NCBI GenBank assembly: GCA_000165425.1
Contig: CT868296.1
Location: 1 to 64,000 of the forward strand
DNA: 64,000 nucleotides
Reading direction: 5' to 3'
From: Paramecium tetraurelia
Lineage: Eukaryota
The notes under the pieces are model-generated. The model was not told where the DNA came from. It worked only from the letters and a program-made list of their open reading frames with translations, and searched no databases. Shown here piece after piece: positions 25,997-39,661 of the stretch (position 1 is the first letter of the stretch; each line of letters starts with the position of its first letter). The position numbers were made by a program, and so were the translations under genes.

Positions 25997-27844
25997 ATGC
26001 AAAATTTGATACTAAGTGGAGAACTGAAATGTAAAGAACATTAGAAAAATAAAGACAATTTAAATCTGGCACAACATGTATAAGATGATAGACAACTTAG
26101 ATGTGATTAATGTAATTTTAATGGTGTGTGTTAAATCAAATTATTGGATTTGGAAAAATTTTTACTTGAATTCAACAATTAGATCAAAATTTTTACTTAA
26201 GAAATCGAAAACACAAAAAAGATGATAATGGCTGCAAAAAAGATAACAGAATTAGTATCAAGAATAGAAAACGAGTTAATAGAAATTGAGGGGAGATTTT
26301 TAAAAAAAAATTAAATGAATTAAAACATTTAGGCATATTTAAATTACAATTTGGATGAGAGTAGATTAAAAGAATTATTACAATACCTAAAAAATTGTCA
26401 AATAGATGATTATAAGGTTAAGTCAAACAAAAGTCTACTAGAGAAAGAAGTATTATAATAAAGGAAGTGCATTTCAGCTCTTAATATTATTTAAATGGCA
26501 TAGGAAGAGATTAATAATATTCTAGCTTATCAAGCAACTGTAAGTGATGAAAAAGAACAGACATTATCGCAGGTTTATTTATTTGATAAGTAAGTGGAAT
26601 AAGATTTTGATCAGTAAATTTAAGTATACGATATGTAATTGAATAGTACTGGATTGCTTTTGGCTGTTGGTAGTAATAGAATAGAGTCTGATGACTGTTA
26701 TGCTTAAATTTGGGAAATTGATGGAGGAGTCTTGAGGAAAAGTGATTCTCTCAAAGGTCATTAAAGAGAAGTGAAATCACTGTTTTTTAATAAGGAAGAT
26801 ACACTTTTTACAGGTAGTGTTGATTCAACTATAAAAATTTGGGTAAAATAACAGGATACTAATAAATGGGATTTAAAACAGGACTTAAACAATTTTCATT
26901 CTTTAGCAGTTAATTGTATTTAATTACATTACTTTGATCCTAAATTTTTTGCCTCAGGGAGCGAAGAATTGATAATCTGGAAGAAGGACTTATTATAACA
27001 TGGCTAATGGGTGTAAGATTCTGTATTTAAAAATAATAAAAGAATTATATCTGCTCTAAGTTTTACTGACAAAGGGAATTTATTGATAGTAGGTAGTGAT
27101 GATCGTTTAATATAGATACTGGAATTTGCACACAATTAATGGAAGTTAAAGCAAAAATTTGATCAAAGCAATAAAATCATGCAAATCATTCCAACTTATA
27201 ATAGGGATTTTATTTCATTCTAAATAGATGGTGAATATACTTTCTGGAAATGTAAGAGTGAAAATAATGAACTATCATGGAATTAGAAAAAGAATAAGCA
27301 TGGAGATTAAATTAAAAAATTGAGTGTTTCTTTGGCCAAAAAACTTTTGAGTGTAACATATGAGGATAAAAAAAATAAACTCTTTCAAATTGAGCTTGAT
27401 GGCAAATTATCAGAGAAATAACTTGATAATAATGAAGGGGAAATCATGATAATGTCTTATATGTCACCCTCTAAAATAGTTTAGCAACCTATAAACACTA
27501 TGTTAGGTAATCGAAGTTAAGATGGCATATTTCCAAATAATATTAAAGATCAATTCCCTTAATAAAATTAACAAATATTTGGGGGAAAATAATTCTAGCC
27601 GTAAGGAGCCTTCTATGCAAGCATGTAAGGCCGGTAATAAGGAGGAGCGTAAGGATAGTAGTAAAATTTTACTTTTTTCTATCAAAATTAACAAAATGTC
27701 AAAGGAACAGGGGGGTAAACGTAGACATTCCCTATTAATTTTAATCCTGTAAGAATATAAGAAATGACAATAGAATAATCAAAATTTGTGAAGGTTAGTA
27801 AAGGAAAATTGCAAGTTTACATGGAGAGAAGTAAAAAAATTTGA
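25997..27844 (+). CDS. WD40-repeat protein, tandem relative of the preceding gene
   Basis: CKEH...RQLRCDQC; GHQREVKSLFF..LFTGSVDSTIKIW; HSLAVNC..FASGSEELIIW; LLIVGSDDRLI; G/Q-rich insert near the C-terminus. Confidence 0.85.
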
Positions 27845-27880
27845 ATAATAATATAACATAAAATCATAAAATAGAATCAT

Positions 27881-30800
27881 TCATTTTAAATGTGATTAAT
27901 TTTCTGACTTGTTTTTATGAACTTTAATTAGATGGGAGTTTACTAGAGCTTTACTTTAATCTACCTCTGCTGCTGGAACCAACTAGACTTTGTGATTCAT
28001 CATTGTTAATATGTATTTCCTTTGAGAATAGACTTTAATGCAACTACTTCATTTTATTGACTAAAATTCTTAGTATTTCATAGTTTTCTATTAAAAATAT
28101 CATATGTTGTCTGATATCAATAATTAATTGAATGAAGATGAGGAGAGTCAAGATTGTAATGATGACCCACCCAATCTCGATAAAGCTTTGATACCCCAAG
28201 AACTCACTTTTTTATCCAAAACCCATAAGCAATATCAACAATTCTGTTATCCACAATAAGACTTCTGTGGTTATTTGTTTGTAATATTCAGATTTATCAA
28301 TCAATGGCTTGTTGTAAATAATATAGGTAAAGAATATAGCATTTAGAGATGACACGAATCCAATTTGGAATAAGGGGTAATCATACAAGAACACTAAGAA
28401 AAACATGAATAACAATTTCTTAGTGAAGAGCACAATATTGTAATACAGGCTATAAGGATTGCTGTCTAATTCAATACCTTCATAGAGTGCTCCATATTTT
28501 AATTGAACCTCCTATAATTCAAAGTAAAATCTTTTGTTGCTCATGACAATTACCCCAAAGTAAATGAAATACATTTCACAAAACATCAGGACAAGTGCAA
28601 AAAGGCTGCTTAATATTAAAATGGATGAGGAATTCGAGTAGCTCATTAATTGCAAGAATATTGCTAAATTCAAATCATAAGAAATGGTTAAGAAGGCTCT
28701 TAGAATTCCAGTTTTGTATTGTATTTTGAGATTGTAAAAGTATTTTTGCATAGTCCTTGTTAGTTTGAGACATAAAAATATTATAACATTTGGTTCTTCT
28801 TATTATTAATAATTAGCAATTAATTAATGAGAACTTACTTTCTTGGCATAATGATAGATGCAATAGAAGACAATATGAAAAAATATGTATGTTCCAATAG
28901 TTGTCATAATGACAATGAAAATGGCAATAACATTAGCAAAAAAGAGTGATGTATATCCTTCTTCTTTAAACTTAAGAGCAGGATCTTCAATCTCAATTGA
29001 TGATGAAATCAAATCCTCAACACTGAAATTGGATTTCAGGAAATCAAATTCAGCAAAACCAAATAATTAGAAATAGGTTTCCAGATTATACGGATAGAGG
29101 ACATTTAAATATTTTAGATAGGATAACACTTATAGAGTATCTAGGAGATTCCAGAAGATATCCAATCCTCCAAATAGAAATGCCAAGATGGCAAAACCAA
29201 TAAGTAAATATAGAATATAAGAGTTAAATCTAACTAGATTCTGGGTATTTGATATTTCAGACTCACTCAAGGCTTGATATTACAAGAGTGTAAAAGATTG
29301 ATTTCTGGATTAAAAGGAGAAGTGATCCTTAGAAATCACTTCAGTGTTTTTGCTGACAATAAAAATGATTTCTGGGGACTCTATGGATTCACTTAATTAA
29401 ATGACAATCTGGATATCAACTTGATTGAATTCTTTAGTGTATTAGGTTCTATCAGTAATCTCTTTAGCAGTGAATTTGTAATTTGGAATTTTGGTAATCA
29501 TGGAAATGGAATCCTTGAGAGGTGCTTAGGTGATATTAACAACTTGATCGAAAGTAAGTGTAATTGACCTAGAGGAGTCATAGATCTTATCAAAGGGCGA
29601 TTCTGTTAGGATGATATCAACATAATCAATTTTGACACAAATTTAATCACAAATGTAACCATCTTCAACTGTACAAAATGAAGAACATCCATCGCCATTT
29701 TCTGTGTTGCCATCATCACATAATTCTTCAGTGGTTCTTATGCCATCTCCACAAAGACTGATACATTGATTATCAATTATTGTATACCCAGCAGAGGAGA
29801 TACAAGTTATGCATTCTTTTTCAGGAGTGTAGAATTTGCACTCTACACATTGAGTTGGGGATGAGAGACATGTTACACAATGTGGAGAACATAATTGACA
29901 AGTAAAATCATTTTCCAGATAGTATCCATCTACACATTATTAACAATCTCCTAAGTGGCATTTCAAACATATGTCAGTGAGACATTTGTTATTAGATAAG
30001 TAACATTGATTGCAGCCATCTCTGGGTTCAAGATTACCATCATCGCATTGTTCATTCCATTAGATAATCTAATCTCCACATTTGGAATAGCAATAATGAG
30101 TGATTGGTGGGTATTTATAGGTACTACAATCTATGCATTCTAATTCATTATTATCATAGTAACCAACTTTGCAATCACATTCGAATACATTGAGGTAAAC
30201 ATTGGATCTGATTCTAGTTTTAGGACACTTAGTGCATTGATTGAATTCATTCGAGCCATTGCATTCAGAACAAGTGTAATAACACTGCGAACATATCAAT
30301 TGGTTACTGTTTTGATAATACCCACTTTGACATATACATTTATCAACTGATAATATTCTAAATTGAACATCATAACAGGATGTACAAACATTATAATCTG
30401 AACAATATTCGCATAAATCATTGCATGCTGAACATATTAGATTTTATTAGTATTAGTAATGTCCTAATGAACAAACACAGTCATTCTCTTTCAATGTTCT
30501 CATTTATGATACATAACAACTAGTGCAATAAGTCTCAAAAAACTCACAAGTCTTACATCTATCCGAACATTTCATACAAGTATAAGAATCACTCACCTCA
30601 AAATACCCCTCCTTACATATACAATCCTAAAATTCCAATTCTCTGTTTTATAGGCTGTTACATTAGATACAGAATCTAGCCGAAAGTAAACAGTTCTTGC
30701 AAATATCATGACATCTTTCACATGAAAAATTCTTGGTTAAATAGAAACCCTCCTAACATTCACATGATTATATATTCATAACCTTCCCTTAATTAGTATC

Positions 30801-32952
30801 ACAAGTCAAACATTATAAATTATTATTCTTTCTGTTAAATGTTCTCTAGTCATATTTCTATTCTGATGACCTAAAGTTTGCACAAGTCTCACATAAGGGA
30901 TGACAATCAGATGAACAATCACCAGATGACAGTCCATTAATTTGACAAAAGCATTGCTTATCGTAATAAATATATGTGTCAAAACATTGATTACAAGATT
31001 ACTAATCAACACACACTTTACAACCATTTAAACATTGAATGCAACTCCCTGCTTATTAATAATAACCTTAAGGACAATCATAATAAACTGTTAGAACAAA
31101 TTTGTCTGACTTTATTTCCAAACAAGTACTACTGTCAGAACATCTTAAACAATTTATTGGACATAATGCCACTATTACAAAGAAATCATATAATCCACAA
31201 TATGCAGTATTAAATGCATTACAATTAAACGAAACTAATAATTCGCGATCATCATGATTCACCTCGAAATCTGTCCCACTTATAGTTACTGTGTAATCTT
31301 GAACTAATTGATCTCCCTTCTCCTCTGTTGATGCTACAGCAACTGCATTTTACCAATTATATACTTTATATGTTTAATCAAAGTAGACAGTCATATTGTT
31401 GTCGTTATTACTGCCAAAATCAATTAGTACCAGTTTCACAAATAATCGAGCCTTGTAATGTGGGTTGCAAACTAAAGTAATCGAAAATTAATCTGTTTAC
31501 CAAGCTTGATATCCACCAAACATAAATTTTGAATTATAGACTTGTAGAGTATTGGAAGTAAGCTTACTTTTAAATAAAAGAGCATTTTCATCAAAAAACA
31601 CACTCCCATAATTAAAGAATAGCTTTACAACATATTCAGAGAACTTATATATTTCCAACAAATCTTTGCATTGGTTAACACCAAATAATGGTGCATATGA
31701 TGGACAAGTCTTTATGCATTCATTATAATAAAAAACATCTGTGCAAATCGAAGGTTACCAAACAATTTTAGAAATCTTTAAATCACTAAAAGCCCATGCT
31801 TATTTAGAATCTGTTACATTAAAATGACCTTTAAATTGAATTGTATTCAAATGGTCAATTTGAAACAAATTGATTACTGCATTGTATTTATAGCATGATG
31901 AATAACCGACCACTGAGCAAGTTTGTTTATTATACAACTAACCATGATTAAACATAATATTGTTTAAATCTCCAAAATTTGTTACTTATCCTATTATATA
32001 ACTATCTACGAGAATTTGAATATTACTGAACATCCCTATTGGTCCTAGCATGTATAATATGAATTCAACCGTAAAATCAGTGGGAGTACTAATTACTTGG
32101 TTAATAGGGTATTGAATATATTCGTTCTAAATAAAGGAACCTCCTGCATTATTTCCATCTATTGATATTTATCTACTTCTCTGAGTTGTATTGTAATCTG
32201 CAAAGAATTCATAGGAAAGACCAGTTGAATCTGAAAAAACCTGAGTTTTTGATGTGTAAGGCTAAAAATCCTTGATGTAAAAATGATATGTTCCCAATGG
32301 TGCTGGCTAACAAACTCCTCCTTATAAAACTAATTTGCAAACGCATTTATCTTTTTCCAGAACAAAATTAGTTTTGCAAGTTAAGCATATGGATGATGAA
32401 AGATCACAGTGATCACAGTATTCATCACATATTAAAATAAATGCTTTAAAATTTTATACATAATATGTTGCCGCATGTGTATATTCCATCTTAAAGTTGA
32501 CAAGAGCAGAATCTGTAGCAGGTATTTGCTGAATATTAAAATTCACTTGATAATCGAATGTGGGGATGCATATTTTCTTGAGTGCAAATGAATCGATTGT
32601 AAAATCTTTTTCTTCTAAAACAATAGTGTTAGCAGAGAATTTAAAGGTACCAGATGATGTTATAAGATGCAGTTCAAAAACATAATTGATTTTGAGGTAA
32701 CCTTAGTTGATGTTGATTTTAACATTTATGATTTTGGTATTTGATTAATAAAGGTTATTGCAATTTGATAATAAAAGAGCAGTGGGATGTGTAAGCAGAG
32801 TGGCTGGAGGATCAAGTGTTATAGAGGTTGGATCTATTTCTTTCCATTTCTGATGAGTGCCTAATTATATAATTTGATTAAATGCCTTCGAATTCGATGA
32901 GGGATGAAAATGCGATGTTGGTAATGGTAAGAAGAAGTATTTAGTTAAGCAT
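27881..32952 (-). CDS. Large secreted/surface cysteine-rich protein: furin-like CxxC repeats, CGDG..EECDDGN repeats, C-terminal multi-TM region
   Basis: Signal peptide [16 protein letters not shown]; many CxxC repeats; [54 protein letters not shown] helices at 28100-29200. Confidence 0.88.
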
Positions 32953-33100
32953 TTGAAAGTGCAATTATTTATAAAAATATTGTTGTATATTGTGTGATTC
33001 GATTAATTTACGTAATATTAACTAATCGATCATGTCATTTAGTTAAAATGATGCAGAAATTGTAGATATGTCTAAAATATTATATAATAAATCAAAATAA

Positions 33101-36100
33101 TCAATTATTAAATTACTTTTTACGATAGCAATTATTTAATTGTCGAAATTTTCTAAGTTCTTCTCCATCTTGAGTTTCCACTCTAACAAACTACAATTAT
33201 TCATTAATTTTGTTGATTGTCTATTAGTCCAACCCAGTTTTCAATTGATCAATGGCTCCTGGGTACCTAAGGAATAAGTATAATACTCATACTGATTCTT
33301 GATACATAGAAGAGTCTGTTTGAATAAAGAATATTCATCCAATTTGACTACAGAACTTAGGAATTATTCTGTCTATTGTTAAGCTTGTGTTATTTCTTCC
33401 TCGTCGTTGAAATCGCTATCATCTTCATCGTCTAATTCATCATCCATGTAACTAAAATTAAACAAGAATACATTACTCATTTTATTTCTACTTTTAATCT
33501 TTTTCATACTTTTCTTAAGCTATTAAGTTGTTAACCATTATGGTAAGTAAATTTGGAGTTAACAGATTGGGTTATTTCATAATCAATGACGACATCGTAA
33601 TTATAAACAATTTGATATCGTAACCTGGTGAATAATGGGTTTCTAAAATGCAACTGTAAACAGCAGTGAAGACTTCAGATAAGACTTCATATGTTTTTTC
33701 TGGTATTTTATAAAGAGAACTCAAAATGATGCCTGTAATTCTAGACTTTAAGTGTTCATTGATGTCTTTTTTTTATAGGATTTAGATAGTTTGGAAAAGG
33801 ATTTAAGATAGTATATTGCTCTTTAGATCGTCATTAAGTTCTTGGATTCCTAATTGAATTAACAAGGCTCCTTCTCCTAATTCGATGTCACCATAGTTAT
33901 CTTCATTTTACAGATTCTAGAAAGCCAATTAAAAGTAAATGGACTATTAGGATTCATTCAAAAAATAGTTCCTTCCGAAATGCATGTATTGATTGAGTGT
34001 TTCAAAGAGATTGCACAATCTTCCCTACTACTTTTTGATAATATTCTAGAAGTATGGTAATATTTGCATCTGCAATTCTGTGACAACTGATAATTTAGAG
34101 ATACATCCAGAAATGAAGAGCACCAGATCTTCATCAAAATCTATTTTATCACAATTAGCCAACATTGAATACAATTATGCTAAATGCTACTCTAATTTGC
34201 CTAAGATCTCACTGAATTCATCTTGATCAACCAATGATCTAAGAACATTCCAACATCTATTTAAATAGATATGCCTTTATTGATCACCTGAATTGATTTT
34301 CTACTATTCCATAATAACTCTCTAAGTTAATACTTAGATCAAACCAACCAATAAGTTATCATTTTACAAGAACTAATTTGGATATCTTTTTAGTAAATTT
34401 GTTATTGTTTCAAAGTGTCTCTCGTATGTACTGTATTGAAGTCCATTACATAATTGTGGGAATAGTATTACTACCAAATCTTTGGTTTTACCTTTGAGAT
34501 CATCATCCTCAAATATGTCCTTCAATGCATCAATTGATTAATAAAGTACCACAGGTTCTGTTGGTTATACAAAACCGATCATTATTTATAAATAGGCATT
34601 CATGTTTTAAGATTGAGTATCCTTTTTGAATAAGTTGTCACAATAATATCCAAAGAATAAGGAGAGTCTTAATTTGATTATTTATTCTTAAATAGACTAA
34701 AAGAATAATAAATTGTCAGTCAGAAGTTATTCCATTAATAACACTATATCAAATCTTTTCTGTATCAAATAACTCATGATTGTTAAAATTACTAAACTAC
34801 TTTCAATTCTATCCACTGCAGTATATTCTTTGAATAATTTCCTATTATATACATTATATCTACTTATCTTGCAAAGCCTAAATAAAAGCCACTTGTTATT
34901 CCTTCAATTAAACTGGATTATTAGTTATTATATTGATGGAATCCTATGAAATTATAACTGCTAAATTTGCCAATAATGTAGTAGACCCATCAATATGATC
35001 ACATATGGTTTCTAATAAAGATGCTGCTGCTGTCTTAGGAACATCTGATTCCTATTTGTCTACTGTATCCAATGCTAAATTAACAAATTCTTCAGGCTAA
35101 TCTTTCATCTATTAATATTCTTTTTGGGAGGTTATCAAAAATGGATAGATTGCATCTGTTATTAGGGCTATTTTAGAATCAGAAAATATTTGGTATTAAT
35201 CAGTCTAAGACCCTAGGTTTGCCAATAGCTTCAGGATGTAGGTCATGATGTTTGGTAAATATGGTTTGCTTTCATTATTATAGATTGCATATATACTTGT
35301 AAATTGAAGTAATGGATTCACTGTTTGTATAAGCCAATAAACTGTAGATTAGCAATTGTGTTATGGTAGTTAAGTAAGGACCAAAGGCTCCTTTTTTTAC
35401 TTCATTTTTGTTGCGATTATTCAATAAGACTTGAAGAGTTAAGAAATAGATCTTGAAAACTTAACATTTGATTTCATTTAATTGATTGTCAAAGTGATCA
35501 TTACCTGTATTGATAATGGAACAATTTTGAATCTGCTTACCTATTTATGGTGAATAGGATAATAATATTATGAGAACTCCAGAGAAGGAGTTTAATTGAA
35601 ATAAAATGTTTTGTATTGGTTAAGTTTGTTCTTTTTGACTATTGTTTTTATCAAATACCTTCTCACATAAATCAGTGACTACTTGAGTGTATAATCTGAT
35701 GGTTGTGATGAAATCATCTGATAATTCTTTTGGTTATTCTGTCAATTTGGTGATGACATAGCCGGTTTGATTGAAAAACTCACTTATCCATTCATAACCA
35801 GTTTAGACTATGGAACTATATGTTTGCAATTCCAAAGAGTCTTGTAATATCTTAAAAAATAAGATCCCTATTTAAATTTGCCATTGTTATTCTTGTCTTA
35901 AGAATTCCTTCATTTTATTTTCAATTTCTGTTTTTACACCTAGTTTTAGTTAGGTAAATACTTTTATCTTTTCTAACTATTAAACTCATGCACTTTATCA
36001 AGGATTATTTGCATTTCAAGGGAGTATACTGAGACATCAGAACTGCCAGGATGGAATTGGCATGATGTATTGTCAATTAAACTATTTAGTAAGATATAAA

Positions 36101-36346
36101 AATACTGTTGTTTGTCAACATCTTCAACACAACTGAATTTAATAAACTGGCTGCCTGTTCTTGCACTACACAGATATCGAAACATATTTTACTTTAATCC
36201 TATTGCATAGCAACTTTGGCTATCTATTCGAAATTCTAGATGTTATCTATTAGACTAGTCACTAATTGTTTTTCTGTTTCATTTCTGATTTTATTATCTG
36301 TATTTGTAAAAACTGTTACTAATTATTCATAGATTGCGGTTGCCAT
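33101..36346 (-). CDS. Importin-beta family karyopherin (importin-7/8-like)
   Basis: N-terminal NKIRNETEKQL (IBN_N-like), PEEFVNLALDTVDKQESDVPKTAAASLLETIC, acidic C-terminal loop (DDDELDDEDDSDFNDEE); about 1050 aa of helical repeats. Confidence 0.7.
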
Positions 36347-36505
36347 CCTAATTTGATATTTAAATTATTTAAATTTTGTATGAAAATATTTATCAACTTG
36401 ATTTCTCACAAATTACATAATATTAATTATATTTATACTATAAATGACACTCCCTTCCAAGAGCCAATAATCTTATATCTTGATAATAATAAAATAAATT
36501 AAATA

Positions 36506-37893
36506 TCAAATCGTTTACTTAAGTATTTTCTTCTTCTTCTTTTTCCCCTTGCTTCCAGACTACTATTATTATTATTATTATTATTTCTATTATTCCAACA
36601 TATTCATTAGAGTAGTCAACTCATTCATCTTATTCTCTATCTGAATCAAAAGATCCCCTGATTGTTATTCCTCCTAGTTCATATCTGAATTCATCAATTA
36701 TGAATCATATCTGGGTCTCTTTTGTAATTATTAGATCCTCTTTTGTAATTGTTTATTCTACCTCAACAAATCCTTGCAATTAGGACATTCTAACTAAAAT
36801 AAACTACTAACCTAATTCTTCAGACTCCTCTTGCTATTATTCTTAAATGATAGGATATTCGTCTTACTAATTCTCTTCCACATCTTCGTAATAATTCTTT
36901 TGCTCCTTGAATAGTTGGATGTTCCGAACCAACTTGTCAAAAATGTCCTTAGAATATGGTTCAACGAAGCCTGGATTTTCTCTCAGATCTAAAGAGATTA
37001 AGGATTCATTTGTATCCAAAATCTAACTAAACAATCTAACTCCTTCTTCTCCTATTTGATTTTCTCTCAAACCAATATTCTTAGTCCAAGAATCATACAT
37101 CAAAAAATTACACAAGTCTTTAATACATCTATCATCGAACATATTCTAATGCAGAAATATCTCACATAATCCTTACAATGCCAACTATTAAGGAGGCTCT
37201 AACTATTAATTAATTATATTACCATCACCTCTTATTTCCTCAGCCCATTTCATTTCATCTCTTCTACCTGCATGTGAACTGATTATCTTACCAATTATCA
37301 TCCCAGCATTTTCCTTCAATAAATTATTAGATAAATCTAACAAATTCAATGAAACACATTATTGGATAGGTTCAGATAATATTTATAAATGTTAGCTAGT
37401 CAAACTACAATTTGTTATTTTAAGTTCCTTCAATGTTTTTGTACTCTTTAACCCAAATGAGATGGATTCACAATCTTTTGGACTCAAAATCAAATCAGTG
37501 ATGTGTATCTGCATTAAATTGAATTGAGTCTATGTCAAATTCAAATTGATTGCTGTCAATATACCATTGATTATTTATTGCAATTCCTCCAAACTTATTA
37601 AATCATCTATGCAAACTTAAGCTTATTAATACTTTTGTTCATTTTCTTTCTCAATCTTCCATACACTAATATTGAATCAAAATGGCACAAACTCAATAAT
37701 AATTATAATGGTATTATATCCTCTATTCTTATCAAAATAGCATTCAATCTCAGAGATTGATCCTTCAAACCTTGAGCTATGAAACATCATCCAATAATAT
37801 ACTTATAGCTTTGCTCAGATGCACATGTTATTCCTAACAAATTTATTTGTAAATTGAAAGGTATTCTCTATTTGGATTGTATGTCTTTTTCAT
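36506..37893 (-). CDS. Leucine-rich repeat protein (RNI-like) with acidic/Gln-rich tail
   Basis: LKELKITNCSL, LNLLDLSNNLL, IFLHQNMFDD, KNIGLRENQIG, ISLDLRENPG; ends KKKKKILKQTI-TGA. Confidence 0.8.
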
Positions 37894-37932
37894 CTGTTAA
37901 ATAAAAATTAATATAAAAATTAAAATTTGTAA

Positions 37933-38850
37933 ATGAAATCATTATCTGCTTCCAAATACAATCATAACAATACTAGCTTTACTACGCCTGACAAAAAACC
38001 AAATAAGGTATGCCCTCAAGTTATATAAGAGTAGATAAAACACACAGTCCACTATGAAGTTAAGTGGTGAAATGATGTCCGTTTAAAGTTATTTATATGA
38101 ATAAGCTCATCTCAAAGAAGAAGCCTCTAAAAAAGAAATCATTAGACTCATTAGATTAGTCACCGATAGTCTAGAAAAGAATAGAAACATTAAAGAATTA
38201 AATGAATAACTCTCCAAATTAATAATTGGATTGAGAACATGTATTAATCAATAGGAAGTATCAAGTTACATCATTTAATTAATTTAAACAATACGAGAAA
38301 TTACCAATAATCATTAATTCTAAAAAGAAATCAAAACTGAAAATGACAAAGCACTTCTAATTAAACGAATACATGAATTAGAATTATAAGCCAAAGAAAC
38401 TTAATGGCAATTCGGTAATTATAAATAATAATTATGTTTAGAAATGAAAATCAGAGATCATAAATCTACTTAGAAGATCAAGTAATACTAAGAGGAATTA
38501 GAACAAATCAAAAAGTATAAATAATAAAATCAAGTACCCAAACCTTAATAAAATTCTCCTCAAAAGATAGAACTGAAGAATCAGATCAAACTTATGCAAT
38601 AAAAAATACAAACCTTATCTGAAAAGGAAAAGAAATTGATTCTATTAGTCAAAGCTGTCAAATCCAGAGGAATCGATGTTGAACATATTTATAAGAACAT
38701 CAACCAAATATCAAGTCGAAATAGTAGAATCACTAAAGATGAAACAATAAATGATTATGTTGATAGTTCGCATTCTGATTTTGCTGATATCTCATAATTT
38801 GATCTTGGTCAAACTTTCATCAAAAGAAACCCTAAATTTTTACTTGATTG
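37933..38850 (+). CDS. Coiled-coil hypothetical protein
   Basis: MKSLSASKYNHNNTSFTTPD...EKEKKLILLVKAVKSRGIDVEHI; multiple tiny introns. Confidence 0.7.
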
Positions 38851-38906
38851 ATTATTTTTATTTCATTACATTTATTTAGTTTTATCATAAAATAAAGTTA
38901 TTCGCA

Positions 38907-39661
38907 ATGTATAATTCAAGATCTTTATGTAATCGCTATCTTCAAAACAATAAGCTCAACAAATATCTCTTAATAATGGATGTATTTAAAATATATCTAA
39001 TAAATGATCAACTATAAAAATTGGAGTAGAAAATGAAAGATTTCAAAAACTAGAATTAACCGAATAAAGAATTCAATAGGTCAAAGATGATTTTAATGAA
39101 ATTTAAGAATAAATATTCACTAAATTTAATGGACTCTGGGATCAAATAACTATATATTCTCTATCCAAACTACTAGGTTAATTATAAAAATAGGTTGAAG
39201 AAGACAGATTAGTAAAAGAATAAACATGTGAAACTACGAAAAAGGAAATTTTGCATTTAGAGAAGAAAATTGAAAATGTTATTCAAAATGTAACTTAAAC
39301 TAAAAAGGAGTAGATTTTATTGGAGCAATTTACCAAAGACTATAAAATGATCTATCAAAATCTAAGAAGCAATTAGAACAGAAGATAATGAATCTGATTA
39401 AATTTAATTTATGAAATGAATCGCTGAAGAGCTTGTTAAACTTAGCAATCTCATAAATTTAGAAAAGAAAAACAGAGAAGAAAGTGAAAATTAGTATTTG
39501 AGATTCTTTAAATATCGTAAACAGAATTAAAGGAGAATCACATTAAGAAAAAAGACTAAATATTATTTTATATTAATAAAATTAGAAAGTAATCACAAAA
39601 GCATCTTTTAAGCCTACTAGAGGGTACTTGCAATAAATTAAGTATTGCTGCAAATTTATGA
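38907..39661 (+). pseudogene. SF-assemblin / kinetodesmal fibre protein pseudogene
   Basis: IGVENERFQKLE, QKQVEEDRL, EELVKLSNLINLEKKNREESE and LLEGTCNKLSIAANL-TGA, but with frameshifts, an in-frame TGA near 39417, an internal deletion and broken GT/AG splice sites. Confidence 0.75.
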
